64,000 nt of DNA from Candidatus Kerfeldbacteria bacterium (lineage in GTDB: Bacteria > Patescibacteriota > Patescibacteriia > UBA9570 > XYC2-FULL-38-9), in the NCBI GenBank assembly GCA_043813585.1, contig JBDRKW010000018.1, positions 3,352-67,351 of the forward strand, written 5' to 3'. Both the position numbers and the translations under genes were made by a program. Below the pieces are notes generated by a model. That model searched no databases. It was not told the origin of the DNA and saw nothing but the letters and a program-made list of their open reading frames with translations. Positions 17,904-28,605 of this stretch are shown here, piece after piece. Within the stretch, counting starts at the first letter, position 1; each line of letters starts with the position of its first letter.

Positions 17904-19388
17904 ATGGAAAAAAAGATCAAATGGGAATACCACTGGGCAAGGAAATTTTCCGCTTCTCGTTTTGAAGTGGTGATGCGCGTGTTTTTCAGCGATTTTTACA
18001 GGCAGGAATTTGGAGTGGAGATGGGGAACACCCTTATCGCGCCGGTCTATAAGAACCACGCAATTTACCATGACCCGGACGAATGGGATGCGTTCGAACG
18101 CAAGGTATATATTAAGGCAGCGCATTCACTAAGCGCGTTCAGCCGATATAAGAAGATGATAGTGCGCAATCAGGAGCGTTTTTTGAAAGTGTGCACGCAG
18201 ATTGCCGGTGAAGACCTGGAAAATGCAAGCCTAGAGCAGCACAGTGAATGGTATGAGGAATATATGTCGGCCTGCCAGGATTTTTTCAATGCCGCAATCT
18301 GGATACCGTTTATTATCGAGCCGCTTATATGCTCAGACGTAAAAGACGAGTTAGAAAAGATCGTTAAAGAGCACAACTCCACCGGGCAGTTCCAGGAATT
18401 GTTTGACGCTATATTTGTTCCGGAAAAGAAAAACGCGATAATGCAGGAGCGGGAAGAGATGTTGCGCATTGTACAGGGCGTGCGTGAGAAACAAATGACC
18501 GAAACCGATACACAAACGCAGCTACAAGCGCATGCCAAAAAATTTAGATGGATCCCGTGTTATGACATTATGGACAGCCCATGGTCTGAGAGCGATTTCG
18601 CACAATCGTTCAAAGAGACACTTGAAGATGACGTCAGGGAAGAGCTCCGGCAGTTTCAGGATTTTTCAAAACGAAAAGAGCGGTTCACGGCTGCGTTGGC
18701 CGCGTTTAATAAAATGGGATGTACAGAGGAGCAGCGTACACTATTTACGATCGCACATGACATAGCATATATCAAAGACGAGCGGGACGATTTTCGGCGG
18801 CAGGGTTCGTATTTAATTCAGCCGCTGTTCATTTCGATTGGGAAGCTGATGGGCGGATTACCATTACGTGAAGTCGCGAACCTGCTCTCTGATGAGGTGC
18901 GTGACTTTTTCAAAACGCAGCAGCTGCCGTCTGAAGAAAAGATCCAGGAACGCGTCAACGGGTACGTACTGCTGCGTAAGGACGGGGAACCGGACATTCA
19001 TATCTACAGCGGCGCGGAAGTAAAAAAGATCATGAAGTCCGAGCTGTCCCATCTGAAGATGACAACGGGCACCGAAGTGTCAGGCACGGTTGGATCGGCC
19101 GGCATCGCAACCGGCCCGGCGCGCCTGGTCATCACAAAGCACGACCTGCGGAAAGTGATGGACGGCGATATTATGGTGGCGGTCACGACTCACCCGGATT
19201 TTGTGCCGGCCATGCGCAGGTGCGCCGCGATCGTGACGGATGAAGGCGGGATAACCAGTCACGCGGCAATCGTCAGCCGGGAGCTCGGCATCCCGTGCGT
19301 TGTCGGAACACAGCAGGCAACATCTACATTTGTGGACGGAGATAAAATGAAAGTGGACGCTGTAAGAGGGAAGGTAAGAATTCAGTAA
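17904..19388 (+). CDS. PEP-utilizing enzyme mobile (phospho-His swivel) domain protein
   Basis: C-terminal AIVTDEGGITSHAAIVSRELGIPCVVGT; helical N-terminal region; no nucleotide-binding domain. Confidence 0.88.
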   Translation: MEKKIKWEYHWARKFSASRFEVVMRVFFSDFYRQEFGVEMGNTLIAPVYKNHAIYHDPDEWDAFERKVYIKAAHSLSAFSRYKKMIVRNQERFLKVCTQIAGEDLENASLEQHSEWYEEYMSACQDFFNAAIWIPFIIEPLICSDVKDELEKIVKEHNSTGQFQELFDAIFVPEKKNAIMQEREEMLRIVQGVREKQMTETDTQTQLQAHAKKFRWIPCYDIMDSPWSESDFAQSFKETLEDDVREELRQFQDFSKRKERFTAALAAFNKMGCTEEQRTLFTIAHDIAYIKDERDDFRRQGSYLIQPLFISIGKLMGGLPLREVANLLSDEVRDFFKTQQLPSEEKIQERVNGYVLLRKDGEPDIHIYSGAEVKKIMKSELSHLKMTTGTEVSGTVGSAGIATGPARLVITKHDLRKVMDGDIMVAVTTHPDFVPAMRRCAAIVTDEGGITSHAAIVSRELGIPCVVGTQQATSTFVDGDKMKVDAVRGKVRIQ

Positions 19389-19435
19389 AAAAAGAGCACG
19401 ACATCATTTCTTGCCGTGCGTCGCTCAGCTAAATG

Positions 19436-20035
19436 TCAGTTGGGCAGAGGTCTGACGCTGGACTGCCTTGAGGGCAGCTCGTCATCGATACTCTCGGAAC
19501 CCTCGTCCAGGACCGACTCGCCGCGCCAGTCCTCTTCCGGGTCGCCGAACGCGTCCACCTCCAGGCCGGTGAGGATCAGCATGCAGGTGCATGCGTGGCC
19601 CTCTTCGGAGGTGCCGCATTCGTCGTCGCAGTCCGCCTCCATCATCTGGCGGCCGGCGTCGATCGCGGCGCGAACATCCTCACTGCTGACGCAGTAGACG
19701 CCGCTGAGCATGTTCACCATGTCGTCCGAGACGTTGGCCATCGGGACTCCGAGATCGAAGCCCAGGTTCCCGATCTCGCACCCGTGGTTGAGCGCCGGCG
19801 CGATCCGCAGCATCAGCCGCAGCATCAGGTTGGCCGCGTACATGGCCTCGCTCGGATGCGCGGCGATGACGGCGACCAGCTCATCATGCTCGTTCTCGTC
19901 GAACTCGCCGGCCTCGTGGTACTCGTCGGCGAGCTGTACCAGCAGGCCGGGCTCCCCATCGAAGTAACCGTCTTCATCGATCTTCCCGATCAGTTCCAGT
20001 ATCGTCTGTTGCAGCCGTGGATCCCTGTTGTCCAT
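19436..20035 (-). CDS. Acidic hypothetical protein with Cys/His cluster
   Basis: High GC3, RBS GGAGAGGG, CDDEC...HACTC. Confidence 0.65.
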   Translation of the reverse strand: MDNRDPRLQQTILELIGKIDEDGYFDGEPGLLVQLADEYHEAGEFDENEHDELVAVIAAHPSEAMYAANLMLRLMLRIAPALNHGCEIGNLGFDLGVPMANVSDDMVNMLSGVYCVSSEDVRAAIDAGRQMMEADCDDECGTSEEGHACTCMLILTGLEVDAFGDPEEDWRGESVLDEGSESIDDELPSRQSSVRPLPN

Positions 20036-20191
20036 GTGCCCTCTCCGTCTTCTTTGCTGCGTGATTGCAGCATTGTTGCATTGAGCGAATCTCAGAATAT
20101 CATGCATACAGCCGCTGTCAACGCACCGGTTTGTAAAAAAGGTCGTATTTGCTACAATGCATGCACGTAATTTGTTTAATGCATACTACAA

Positions 20192-20515
20192 ATGGCACAA
20201 GAAATCACAGACGCGACATTTAAGGCAGAAGTGCTGGAATCAGAGGTTCCGGTGCTCGTTGATTTTTGGGCTCCATGGTGCGGCCCGTGCAAGCAGCTCG
20301 GCCCTATTGTCGAAGAGCTGGCAAAGGACAACGAAGGCAAGGCGGTGAAGGTTTTTAAGATAAATATTGACGAGAATAGCGACACACCGGGACAGTACGG
20401 CGTGATGAGCATACCGACGCTGGTGTTCTTCAAAGGCGGCCAACCAGTAGACCAGATGGTCGGCGTGCAGGACAAGGCAACGCTTCAGGCAAAGCTCGAT
20501 GAGCTCGCAGGATAA
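20192..20515 (+). CDS. trxA: Thioredoxin
   Basis: WAPWCGPC. Confidence 0.97.
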   Translation: MAQEITDATFKAEVLESEVPVLVDFWAPWCGPCKQLGPIVEELAKDNEGKAVKVFKINIDENSDTPGQYGVMSIPTLVFFKGGQPVDQMVGVQDKATLQAKLDELAG

Positions 20516-21470
20516 CAATTCAACCGATTACGACGTAATCATTATCGGGGGCGCGGCTGCAGGCCTGACAGCTGCGCTTTATGCTTCACGCAAGGCGCTC
20601 CGGACACTGGTGATCGCCAAAGCGCTCGGCGGCCAGGCGGCCATGACTCCTTCGATCGAAAATTATCCCGGTACGCAGAAGATCGGCGGTATCGAACTTA
20701 TGTCGAATTTTCTGGAGCACGCAAAAGCGAATGGCGCGCAGATCAAATACGAAACAGCCGCAGGGGTCGGGAAAAAAGACGATGCATTCGAAGTAAAGAC
20801 AAATGCCGAAACCTATCATGCGCCAGTAGTGATCCTTGCCTATGGCCTGACCCCGCGGAATATGGATGTGCCGGGCGAAAAGGAGTTCCAAGGAAAAGGC
20901 GTGACCTACTGCGCCACCTGTGACGGGCCGCTGTTCAAAAACCGAAAGACGGCAGTGGTCGGCGGTACGCAGGACGCGCTCGAGTCGGCGCTGTATCTTG
21001 CCAAGCTCGGGTCGGAGGTGACGCTCATTCATGATAAGGATGGCTACCCCGCATGGAAAAATCTTTTTGAACAGGTCCAGGCAAATTCATCCATCACCGT
21101 CATGCTCAACACCGAGGTTGTCCGCGTTGAAGGGGACAAGGTCGTGAGCGGAATTGTGGTCAACGGACCGGACGGCGAAGCGACGGTTGAAGTCGCGGGC
21201 ATCTTTGTTGAAAAAGGCCATCGGATCGATTCATCCTGGTGCGCCGATTTGGTGGAATGCAACCCGCGCGGTATGATTCGGGTGAACAAGGCGCAGGAGA
21301 CCAAAACGCCCGGCCTGTTTGCAGCCGGCGACGTGACCAACCAGCGCGACAAGCAGGTGGTCATTTCCGCGGCCGCAGGGGCGGTCGCCGCGTTATCCGC
21401 GTTCAAGTACCTGCAGGAAAAGGAGGGCAAGAACGTGGTGACGAACGACTGGGAACATTCTGAAGAATAA
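20499..21470 (+). CDS. trxB: Thioredoxin reductase
   Basis: [23 protein letters not shown]; NADPH motif variant GGTQDA. Confidence 0.92.
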   Translation: MSSQDNNSTDYDVIIIGGAAAGLTAALYASRKALRTLVIAKALGGQAAMTPSIENYPGTQKIGGIELMSNFLEHAKANGAQIKYETAAGVGKKDDAFEVKTNAETYHAPVVILAYGLTPRNMDVPGEKEFQGKGVTYCATCDGPLFKNRKTAVVGGTQDALESALYLAKLGSEVTLIHDKDGYPAWKNLFEQVQANSSITVMLNTEVVRVEGDKVVSGIVVNGPDGEATVEVAGIFVEKGHRIDSSWCADLVECNPRGMIRVNKAQETKTPGLFAAGDVTNQRDKQVVISAAAGAVAALSAFKYLQEKEGKNVVTNDWEHSEE

Positions 21471-21480
21471 TCCAATACCT

Positions 21481-22671
21481 ATGCCATCAATATCAAAACG
21501 AGCCCAAAGCATGCCGGCCTCTCCGCTGCGCAAACTGGTTGATACGGTGAAACAGCGGGAGAAGGACGGGCTGAAGGTCTATTACCTGAATATCGGACAG
21601 CCGGACCTGGAAACGCCCAAAACATTTTATAAGGCGGTGAAGAAGTTCAGCGACAATCCGGTGGAGTATGCCCGGTCGCAGGGCATTGAAGAATCAATTG
21701 ATGCCTGGCGTGAATATTTTTCATCGGTCGGCATTGAGTTTACCAACGAAGAGATCATGGTGACCACCGGCGGTTCAGAAGCGCTGGCGTTCGCGTTCAG
21801 CGCAGTTGCCGACCCGGGCGACGAGATTATCGTGTTCGAACCGTTTTATACCAACTACAACGGATTTGCCACACTCGGCGGCATCAACCTGGCGCCGGTG
21901 ACGACGCGGATAGAAGACGGGTTCCATCTGCCCGATGACGCAACAATCGAAGCGGCGATCAATGAGAAGACAAAAGCGATCGTCATCACCAATCCCTCCA
22001 ACCCGACCGGGACGGTCTATGCGCGCGAAGAGCTGCAACGGCTGGTGGACATTGCGGTGAAGCACGATCTGTTCATCATAACCGACGAGGTTTACCGGGA
22101 AATTGTTTTTGAGGGCGAATGCACAAGCCTTATGTCATTCCCTGAAGCAGCCGACAGGGTGGTGCTGGTTGAAAGTGTTTCTAAGCGGTTCAACATATGC
22201 GGCAGCCGCATCGGCGCGCTCGCCACGCATAATAAAGACGTCTTGACGACAGCAGTGAAGTTTGGCATGGCGCGCTTATCAGCGGCGACCATCGAACAGC
22301 TGGCGGTCATCCCGCTGTTGAAAGACCCTAAACCGATTACCGACCCTTTGAGGGAAGAATACCGCAAGCGGCGCGACGTCGTGTTTGAGGGTTTGCAGGC
22401 AATTGACGGTGTTGTCGCCAAGAAACCGGAAGGCGCTTTCTATATTATATGCGAGCTGCCGGTCGACTCATCGGAGAAATTCGCCAAGTGGATGGCCGAA
22501 GAGTTTGAACACGAAAATGAAACAGTACTGCTCGCACCGGCATCCGGTTTTTACGTCACACCAGGCAAAGGAGAGAAGGAAGTCCGCATCGCGTTCGTGC
22601 TGGATTGCGCAAAACTGCAACGTGCACTAGAATTATTGAAAATCGCCGTTAAACAATACAACGAAAAATAA
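21481..22671 (+). CDS. PLP-dependent aminotransferase class I/II
   Basis: NPSNPTG, DEVY, SVSKRF...G.RIG. Confidence 0.93.
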   Translation: MPSISKRAQSMPASPLRKLVDTVKQREKDGLKVYYLNIGQPDLETPKTFYKAVKKFSDNPVEYARSQGIEESIDAWREYFSSVGIEFTNEEIMVTTGGSEALAFAFSAVADPGDEIIVFEPFYTNYNGFATLGGINLAPVTTRIEDGFHLPDDATIEAAINEKTKAIVITNPSNPTGTVYAREELQRLVDIAVKHDLFIITDEVYREIVFEGECTSLMSFPEAADRVVLVESVSKRFNICGSRIGALATHNKDVLTTAVKFGMARLSAATIEQLAVIPLLKDPKPITDPLREEYRKRRDVVFEGLQAIDGVVAKKPEGAFYIICELPVDSSEKFAKWMAEEFEHENETVLLAPASGFYVTPGKGEKEVRIAFVLDCAKLQRALELLKIAVKQYNEK

Positions 22672-22679
22672 CGAAAACT

Positions 22680-23912
22680 ATGGCAAACCCATTTAAAGCA
22701 GCAAAAGAACAGCTCCGGAAGGCCGCCAGTTACATGGAGATCGACCCGGACATTATTGAGCGCCTCAGCCACCCGAAGCGGGAGCTCCACGTTTCAATCC
22801 CGGTAAAGATGGACGACGGGACCACGAAAGTGTTCACCGGCTACCGCGTACAGCACAACGACGCGCGCGGGCCGTTTAAGGGAGGAATCCGGTTCCATCC
22901 AAAAACGGACATTAACGAAGTGCGTGCATTGTCATTCTGGATGACGTTCAAATGCGCCACTGTCGGTATTCCGTTTGGCGGAGGCAAAGGCGGCGTGACC
23001 GTCGACCCGAAGAAGCTGTCGGAGCGCGAACTGGAACTGCTTTCGCGCGGGTGGGCGCGCGCCATGCGTGATTTCATCGGGCCGGAAAAAGACATCCCGG
23101 CGCCGGACGTCTATACCACGCCGCAGATCATGGGGTGGATCATGGACGAGTATTCGGAAGCCGTGGGCAAGTACTGCCCGGGCGTGGTCACGGGCAAGCC
23201 GATCACCATCGGCGGCTCACAGGGCCGCGGCACGGCAACGGCACAGGGCGGCGTGTATGTGACTGAAGAGCTGATGAAAAAGATGAAGATCAGCAAGCCG
23301 AGCGTCGTGATCCAGGGCTTTGGGAATGCCGGATCCGTTTTCGCGGAACTGGCAGCCAAAAAGGGGTGGAAGGTTATTGCAGTATCCGATTCCCAGGGCG
23401 GCATTGTGAATGAAAAAGGTCTGGACATAAAAAAGGTTGAAGCCCATAAGGAAAAAACAGGCAGCGTGGTCGGGTTCGCGGGCTCAAAAGAGATCGACAA
23501 CGAAAAGATCCTGATGCTGAAATGCGACATCCTCGTGCCGGCAGCGCTCGAAGGCGTGATTACAAAAACCAACGCCAACCGCATCAAGGCAAGAGCGATC
23601 GTGGAACTCGCCAACGGGCCGACGACGCCGGAAGCGGACGAGAAGCTGTTCAAGAAAGGGATCGTACTGGTGCCGGACATCCTGGCCAACGCCGGAGGCG
23701 TGACCGTATCGTATTTTGAATGGGTGCAGAACACCATGAACTACTACTGGACGGAAAAAGAGGCGCTTGAAAAGCTGAAGCCGATCATGGTAACCGCGTT
23801 TAACGACGTCTGGGGCGCTGCGGAAAAGCATAAAACAGATATGCGCACCGGCGCATATATCCATGCAACCGCGCGCATCGCAGCTTCAATGAAGGACCGC
23901 GGAAGGATGTAA
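22680..23912 (+). CDS. gdhA: Glutamate dehydrogenase (Glu/Leu/Phe/Val family)
   Basis: GPFKGGIRFHP, GGGKGG, DIPAPD, QGFGNAG, NAGGVTVSYFEW. Confidence 0.95.
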   Translation: MANPFKAAKEQLRKAASYMEIDPDIIERLSHPKRELHVSIPVKMDDGTTKVFTGYRVQHNDARGPFKGGIRFHPKTDINEVRALSFWMTFKCATVGIPFGGGKGGVTVDPKKLSERELELLSRGWARAMRDFIGPEKDIPAPDVYTTPQIMGWIMDEYSEAVGKYCPGVVTGKPITIGGSQGRGTATAQGGVYVTEELMKKMKISKPSVVIQGFGNAGSVFAELAAKKGWKVIAVSDSQGGIVNEKGLDIKKVEAHKEKTGSVVGFAGSKEIDNEKILMLKCDILVPAALEGVITKTNANRIKARAIVELANGPTTPEADEKLFKKGIVLVPDILANAGGVTVSYFEWVQNTMNYYWTEKEALEKLKPIMVTAFNDVWGAAEKHKTDMRTGAYIHATARIAASMKDRGRM

Positions 23913-24078
23913 ACATCAATAGGTTCAAAAGGCCGTCGGTAGACGGTCTTTTTCTTTCGCTTGTAATCGGAAATAAACTATGCAAAGATAATGCCCGTCA
24001 CTATGACACGAACATACCAAAACACCCGCACAGCCTACTGTGCCAGGAATACAAACTGACGTAAAATACGGAGGGACG

Positions 24079-25197
24079 ATGAATCTATTTCTGGATGTCT
24101 TCGCCGAAACCGGCCTTGCGCACCTGACCGTCGGCCACCCGATCATGTGGTTGATCGGTCTGGCGCTGGTCTACCTGGCGATTGCCAGGAAGTATGAGCC
24201 GTACCTGCTGCTTCCGATCGGGTTCGGGACGATCCTCGTGAACATGCCGCTCTCCGGCCTGCTCGACGAGCACGGCCTGATCCGGATCTTCTACTACGGC
24301 ATCCAGTACGAGGTGCTGCCGCCGCTGATCTTCCTGGGGCTCGGCGCTATGACCGACTTCAGCCCGGTGCTCGCCAACAAGAAGACCTTCCTGCTCGGAC
24401 TCGGCGCCCAGGTCGGAGTGTTCGTGGCGTTTGGCGGGGCGATGCTCCTGGGGTTCACGGCGCAGGAGGCCGCGTCAATCGGCATCATCGGCGGAGCGGA
24501 CGGCCCCACCACGATCTACGTGACGAACGCGCTCGCGCCGGACATGATCGGGGCGACGGCCGTGTCGGCCTACGCCTACATGGCACTCGTGCCCATCATC
24601 ATCCCGCCGATCGTCAGGCTGCTCACGAAGGAGAGCGAGCGGACGATACGGATGAAGCAGCTGCGGCCGGTTAGCAAGCTCGAGAAGATCCTCTTCCCGA
24701 TCATCGCGACGTTCGTGATCTGCCTGCTGATCCCTGCAGCCACGACGCTCATGGGCATGTTCATGATCGGCAACCTGTTCAGGGAGTCGGGCGTGGTAAA
24801 GCGGCTGGCCGAGGGTGCGCAGAACGAGCTGATGAACATCGTCACCATCCTGCTGGGGCTCTCCATCAGCATGAAGCTCACGGCCGAGAGTTTCCTGCAG
24901 TGGCAGGTGGTCATGGTGTTCATGCTCGGCCTCGCCGCATTCGCCTGCAGCGTGGCCGGCGGAGTGCTGCTGGCCAAGCTCATGAACTGGTTCCTGCCCG
25001 TGGACAAGGTTATCAATCCGATGATCGGGGCAGCAGGCCTGTCCGCTGTGCCGATGGCGGCGCGGGTGGTCCAGGAGATGGGCATGAAGGAGTGCAGGAC
25101 CAACTACCTGCTGATGCATGCCATGGGGCCGAACGTCGCAGGGGTGATCGGCACGGTGATCGCGGCTGGGTTGTTCATCGCGTTCCTTGGGGGGTGA
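24079..25197 (+). CDS. oadB: Na+-translocating decarboxylase beta subunit
   Basis: EP.LLLPIGFG, GAMTDF, IGIIGGADGPT, SAVPMAARV, HAMGPNVAGVIG. Confidence 0.93.
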   Translation: MNLFLDVFAETGLAHLTVGHPIMWLIGLALVYLAIARKYEPYLLLPIGFGTILVNMPLSGLLDEHGLIRIFYYGIQYEVLPPLIFLGLGAMTDFSPVLANKKTFLLGLGAQVGVFVAFGGAMLLGFTAQEAASIGIIGGADGPTTIYVTNALAPDMIGATAVSAYAYMALVPIIIPPIVRLLTKESERTIRMKQLRPVSKLEKILFPIIATFVICLLIPAATTLMGMFMIGNLFRESGVVKRLAEGAQNELMNIVTILLGLSISMKLTAESFLQWQVVMVFMLGLAAFACSVAGGVLLAKLMNWFLPVDKVINPMIGAAGLSAVPMAARVVQEMGMKECRTNYLLMHAMGPNVAGVIGTVIAAGLFIAFLGG

Positions 25198-25329
25198 CGC
25201 GGAAACACACGGAGGAAGCGCATTCAGGGGAAACGCGCTCTTTTTTTACGCATTTTCTTTATATAGTGCATATCTTTGTTGTTCCGGACCCCCATTTCAG
25301 GTACAATATGACGGAATTAACACCATTCT

Positions 25330-26799
25330 ATGTTCAATGAATTTAAGTCAATCGCACCGCATATCATCCAACCGTCGCTGGAGGAGCTGCGTGAAATGGC
25401 GCGCCACCATGAGCGCACGACAGAGTTCGGCAGCGCGTCGTACATCAGCGAGATCAAGTCCCGCAGCGGCAAATTTACCTCCATCTCCACGGATGACGGC
25501 ATGACGGATGAGGATTTTGCATTATTGGAGGAGGTTAAGAAGCATCTGGCGACGCGCGAGCTCATTCAGCTTGATCGCGTTGTTGCGGCAAAGAGCGAAA
25601 AGATCAAGGCGCGGCTGATTATTCCCAAGGAATGGGCGCGCATTGCATACGGATGGGGTACGCTGTTCTGGGACGAAGGCGCCTTTGACGGCGACCCGGA
25701 CATGCTCACCATCGATATCCCGGACTGGAAAGAGCGCCGCGTGCTGGTGGACCCGGAAACCATGACCAGCATCCTCTGCGGCACGGACTACATCGGCGAA
25801 TCGAAAAAATCCACGCTGCGCCTTGCCATGTATCATATGAAAAAGAAAGGCGGGCTGGGCCTGCATGCCGGCTCAAAACGTTTTACCGCACGCAATACGC
25901 AGACAGGAAAGATGGAAGATCGCGGCGCGATTTTTTTCGGGCTGTCCGGCACGGGGAAGTCAACACTGGTCTGCCACCATTGCGGCATTAATGAAGAAGG
26001 AGAAAGCCAGGCCATCCTCCAGGACGACGTCGTGCTGTTCGATAAGACGGGCGCTGCGTACGGAACGGAAGATAATTTTTACGTAAAGACGATCGGCGTG
26101 GACGAAGAGAGCCAGCCGCTCATTTACAAGGCGCTGACCGATTCCTCGGCGATCATGGAAAACGTGATGGTGCACGAAGACGGCATAGTCGATTTTAACA
26201 GCGACAAGCTGACCGCAAACGGGCGCGCCGTCATTTACAGGACCAAGATGGACTACACGAAGCCGGAAGAGGTGGATCTGAAACTGGCGGACCGGTTTTT
26301 CTTCATTACCAGAAACGGGCTGATGCCGCCGATTGTCCGGCTGAAGCCTGCGCAGGCGGCCAAATATTTCATGCTCGGCGAAACAGTGGAAACAGGCGCC
26401 GGCGACCCGGACGAGATCGGCCAGGCGAAGCGCGTGGTCGGGTTCAACCCGTTCATCATCGGGGCGCCTGGCGAAGAAGGCAACCAGTTCTACGAGATCA
26501 TCAAGTCCTTGCCGGAGATCCGCTGCTATGTGATCAACACCGGCAACATCGAAGGCAGCGAAGGCGTGCATGACATCTCCTTGAAAGAGACCACCGCCCA
26601 CATCCGCGATGTTATGCGCTGGGCGATCGAGTGGGAAATGGACGAGGCCACCGGCTTTGAAGTGCCAAAAGGCGCGGACCTGCACCGCGAGTGCTTTGCC
26701 GAAGGAGAGTTCGGAAAGAAGTGGGAAAAGATCGAGCAGGACCGCAAAGAATACCTGGCGCAATACCCTGCGCTGATCGATGAAATTAACAACGCGTAA
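25330..26799 (+). CDS. pckA: Phosphoenolpyruvate carboxykinase (ATP) family
   Basis: Y.GE.KK, LHAG, FFGLSGTGKST, QDD, NGRA, NPF, NTG. Confidence 0.88.
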   Translation: MFNEFKSIAPHIIQPSLEELREMARHHERTTEFGSASYISEIKSRSGKFTSISTDDGMTDEDFALLEEVKKHLATRELIQLDRVVAAKSEKIKARLIIPKEWARIAYGWGTLFWDEGAFDGDPDMLTIDIPDWKERRVLVDPETMTSILCGTDYIGESKKSTLRLAMYHMKKKGGLGLHAGSKRFTARNTQTGKMEDRGAIFFGLSGTGKSTLVCHHCGINEEGESQAILQDDVVLFDKTGAAYGTEDNFYVKTIGVDEESQPLIYKALTDSSAIMENVMVHEDGIVDFNSDKLTANGRAVIYRTKMDYTKPEEVDLKLADRFFFITRNGLMPPIVRLKPAQAAKYFMLGETVETGAGDPDEIGQAKRVVGFNPFIIGAPGEEGNQFYEIIKSLPEIRCYVINTGNIEGSEGVHDISLKETTAHIRDVMRWAIEWEMDEATGFEVPKGADLHRECFAEGEFGKKWEKIEQDRKEYLAQYPALIDEINNA

Positions 26800-26800
26800 T

Positions 26801-27967
26801 ATGTTGAGCAAACGAATCGGTTTGATCTCCCCGTCTGTCACGCTGGAGATAGACCGCAAAGCAAAGGAGATGATCGCCGCTGGGGAGGATGTGTCGAACT
26901 TCACTGTCGGGGAGCCGGATTTTGAGGTGCAGCAGCATATCCGCGACGCGGCCATCCAGGCAATCCGCGACAATTTTTCGCAGTATACCGCAACCGGCGG
27001 CATTGCAGAGCTGAAAGACGCGATCAGCGAAAAGCTCCGGGAGGAAAACAGCGTCGCAGCTGCCGCAGAAAACATCATCGTGACCAACGGCGGCAAAGAA
27101 GCGCTGTTTCTTTTTTTCCAGGCCGTACTGGACGAAGGCGACGAGGTGATTGTTCCAACGCCGTACTGGGTATCGTACGCAGAGCAGATCCGCTACGCAG
27201 GCGCAGTGCCGGTGATGCTCAAGTCTGACAGTCATTTTCATTTTACAGCCGACGACGTGGAGGCGCTGGTCAGCGACAAGACGAAAGTTCTCATTCTCAA
27301 TAGCCCGTCAAATCCGGCCGGAGCGGTTCTTGACCCTGAAGTTATTAAAGAAATTGCAGCGCTTGCGGCAGAAAGAGATTTTCTTGTGGTTTCTGATGAG
27401 GTCTATGAGCACTTTGTCTATGATGAGCGGGTGCAAGTCAGCATCGCATCGCTTGATGGCATGCCTGAACGCACCGTGGTCATTAATGGGTTCTCAAAAA
27501 CGTATGCGATGCCCGGCTGGCGCGTGGGCTATGCGGCTGGGCCGGAAGAGATCATAAAAGCTATGACAAAGCTGAAAGGACACCTGTCGTCAAACGCGTG
27601 CAGCATTGCGCAAAAAGCGGCAGTAGCGGCGCTCACCGGACCGCAGGATATCATCGAAGAGATGCGCGACGAATTCAGCAATCGGCGAGCGGTGGTTGTT
27701 GACGGCTTCAACAGCATTACAGGCTGCGAACTGCCGTCACCGGAGGGCGCATTCTACGCGTTTGTTAATTATGGAAAAGTAATGGAAGCAAAAGGCATTA
27801 AGGATTCGATTGAATTGTGCAACCGCCTGCTGGATGAGCAGAAGGTTGCGCTCGTTCCCGGCCAGGCGTTTGGCGATGAATACGCGACGTACGCCCGCAT
27901 GTCATTTGCCACCTCCACCAACACGATAGAAGAAGGGATCCGGCGTATCAGCAACTTTGCTGCATAA
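26801..27967 (+). CDS. Aspartate aminotransferase-like PLP enzyme
   Basis: GEPDF, PYWVSY, NSPSNP.G, SDEVYE, GFSKTYAMPGWRVGY. Confidence 0.93.
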   Translation: MLSKRIGLISPSVTLEIDRKAKEMIAAGEDVSNFTVGEPDFEVQQHIRDAAIQAIRDNFSQYTATGGIAELKDAISEKLREENSVAAAAENIIVTNGGKEALFLFFQAVLDEGDEVIVPTPYWVSYAEQIRYAGAVPVMLKSDSHFHFTADDVEALVSDKTKVLILNSPSNPAGAVLDPEVIKEIAALAAERDFLVVSDEVYEHFVYDERVQVSIASLDGMPERTVVINGFSKTYAMPGWRVGYAAGPEEIIKAMTKLKGHLSSNACSIAQKAAVAALTGPQDIIEEMRDEFSNRRAVVVDGFNSITGCELPSPEGAFYAFVNYGKVMEAKGIKDSIELCNRLLDEQKVALVPGQAFGDEYATYARMSFATSTNTIEEGIRRISNFAA

Positions 27968-27976
27968 CGATTGCCC

Positions 27977-28597
27977 ATGGTACCCATCTTCAACCGCCCT
28001 CACACTCGCTATGAAAAGCAGCTCCGCAACCAGGGGCACCAGGCGATTGTCGGTTTGGATGAGGTTGGACGCGGCGCATGGGCCGGGCCGCTCATGGCGT
28101 GCGCTGCTATTATGCCGGAGAAGCCGCGCCTGTACAGCGTGCGCGATTCAAAGATGCTGACGCCTAAAAAGCGCGAGGTGCTGGCAGAGCGCATCAAGGA
28201 ACGGGCGGTATGCTGGGCCATCGGTTCTGTGGAGCATGACGAGATTGATTCCATTGGAATCGTGCGCGCGAACGAACTGGCGATGCTGCGCGCAGTACAG
28301 CACCTGGACGTGGCACCCGACCATATATTAATCGACGCATTCAAGATTTCCGGCCTGCCGGTAGCGTACAGCGCAATCGCGCACGGGGATGCGCTGGTCT
28401 ATTCCATTGCCGCCGCATCAATTATCGCCAAAGTTGCCCGCGACGCACTCATGCAGAAGTATGCAGAACAGTTCCCCATGTACGGATTTGATTCAAATAA
28501 AGGGTACGGAACAGATGCTCACAAGAAGTCACTGGATGAATACGGCGTGTGTTCTATCCACCGCGTATCTTTTCATCCGATGAAGACGATGATATAA
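27977..28597 (+). CDS. rnhB: Ribonuclease HII
   Basis: GLDEVGRG..AGP, DSK, SIAAASIIAKV.RD, KGYGT. Confidence 0.95.
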   Translation: MVPIFNRPHTRYEKQLRNQGHQAIVGLDEVGRGAWAGPLMACAAIMPEKPRLYSVRDSKMLTPKKREVLAERIKERAVCWAIGSVEHDEIDSIGIVRANELAMLRAVQHLDVAPDHILIDAFKISGLPVAYSAIAHGDALVYSIAAASIIAKVARDALMQKYAEQFPMYGFDSNKGYGTDAHKKSLDEYGVCSIHRVSFHPMKTMI

Positions 28598-28605
28598 TCC
28601 AGCAT

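Noticed and set aside
25960-27096. 378-aa minus-strand ORF
   Set aside because: Antisense to pckA and the aminotransferase.
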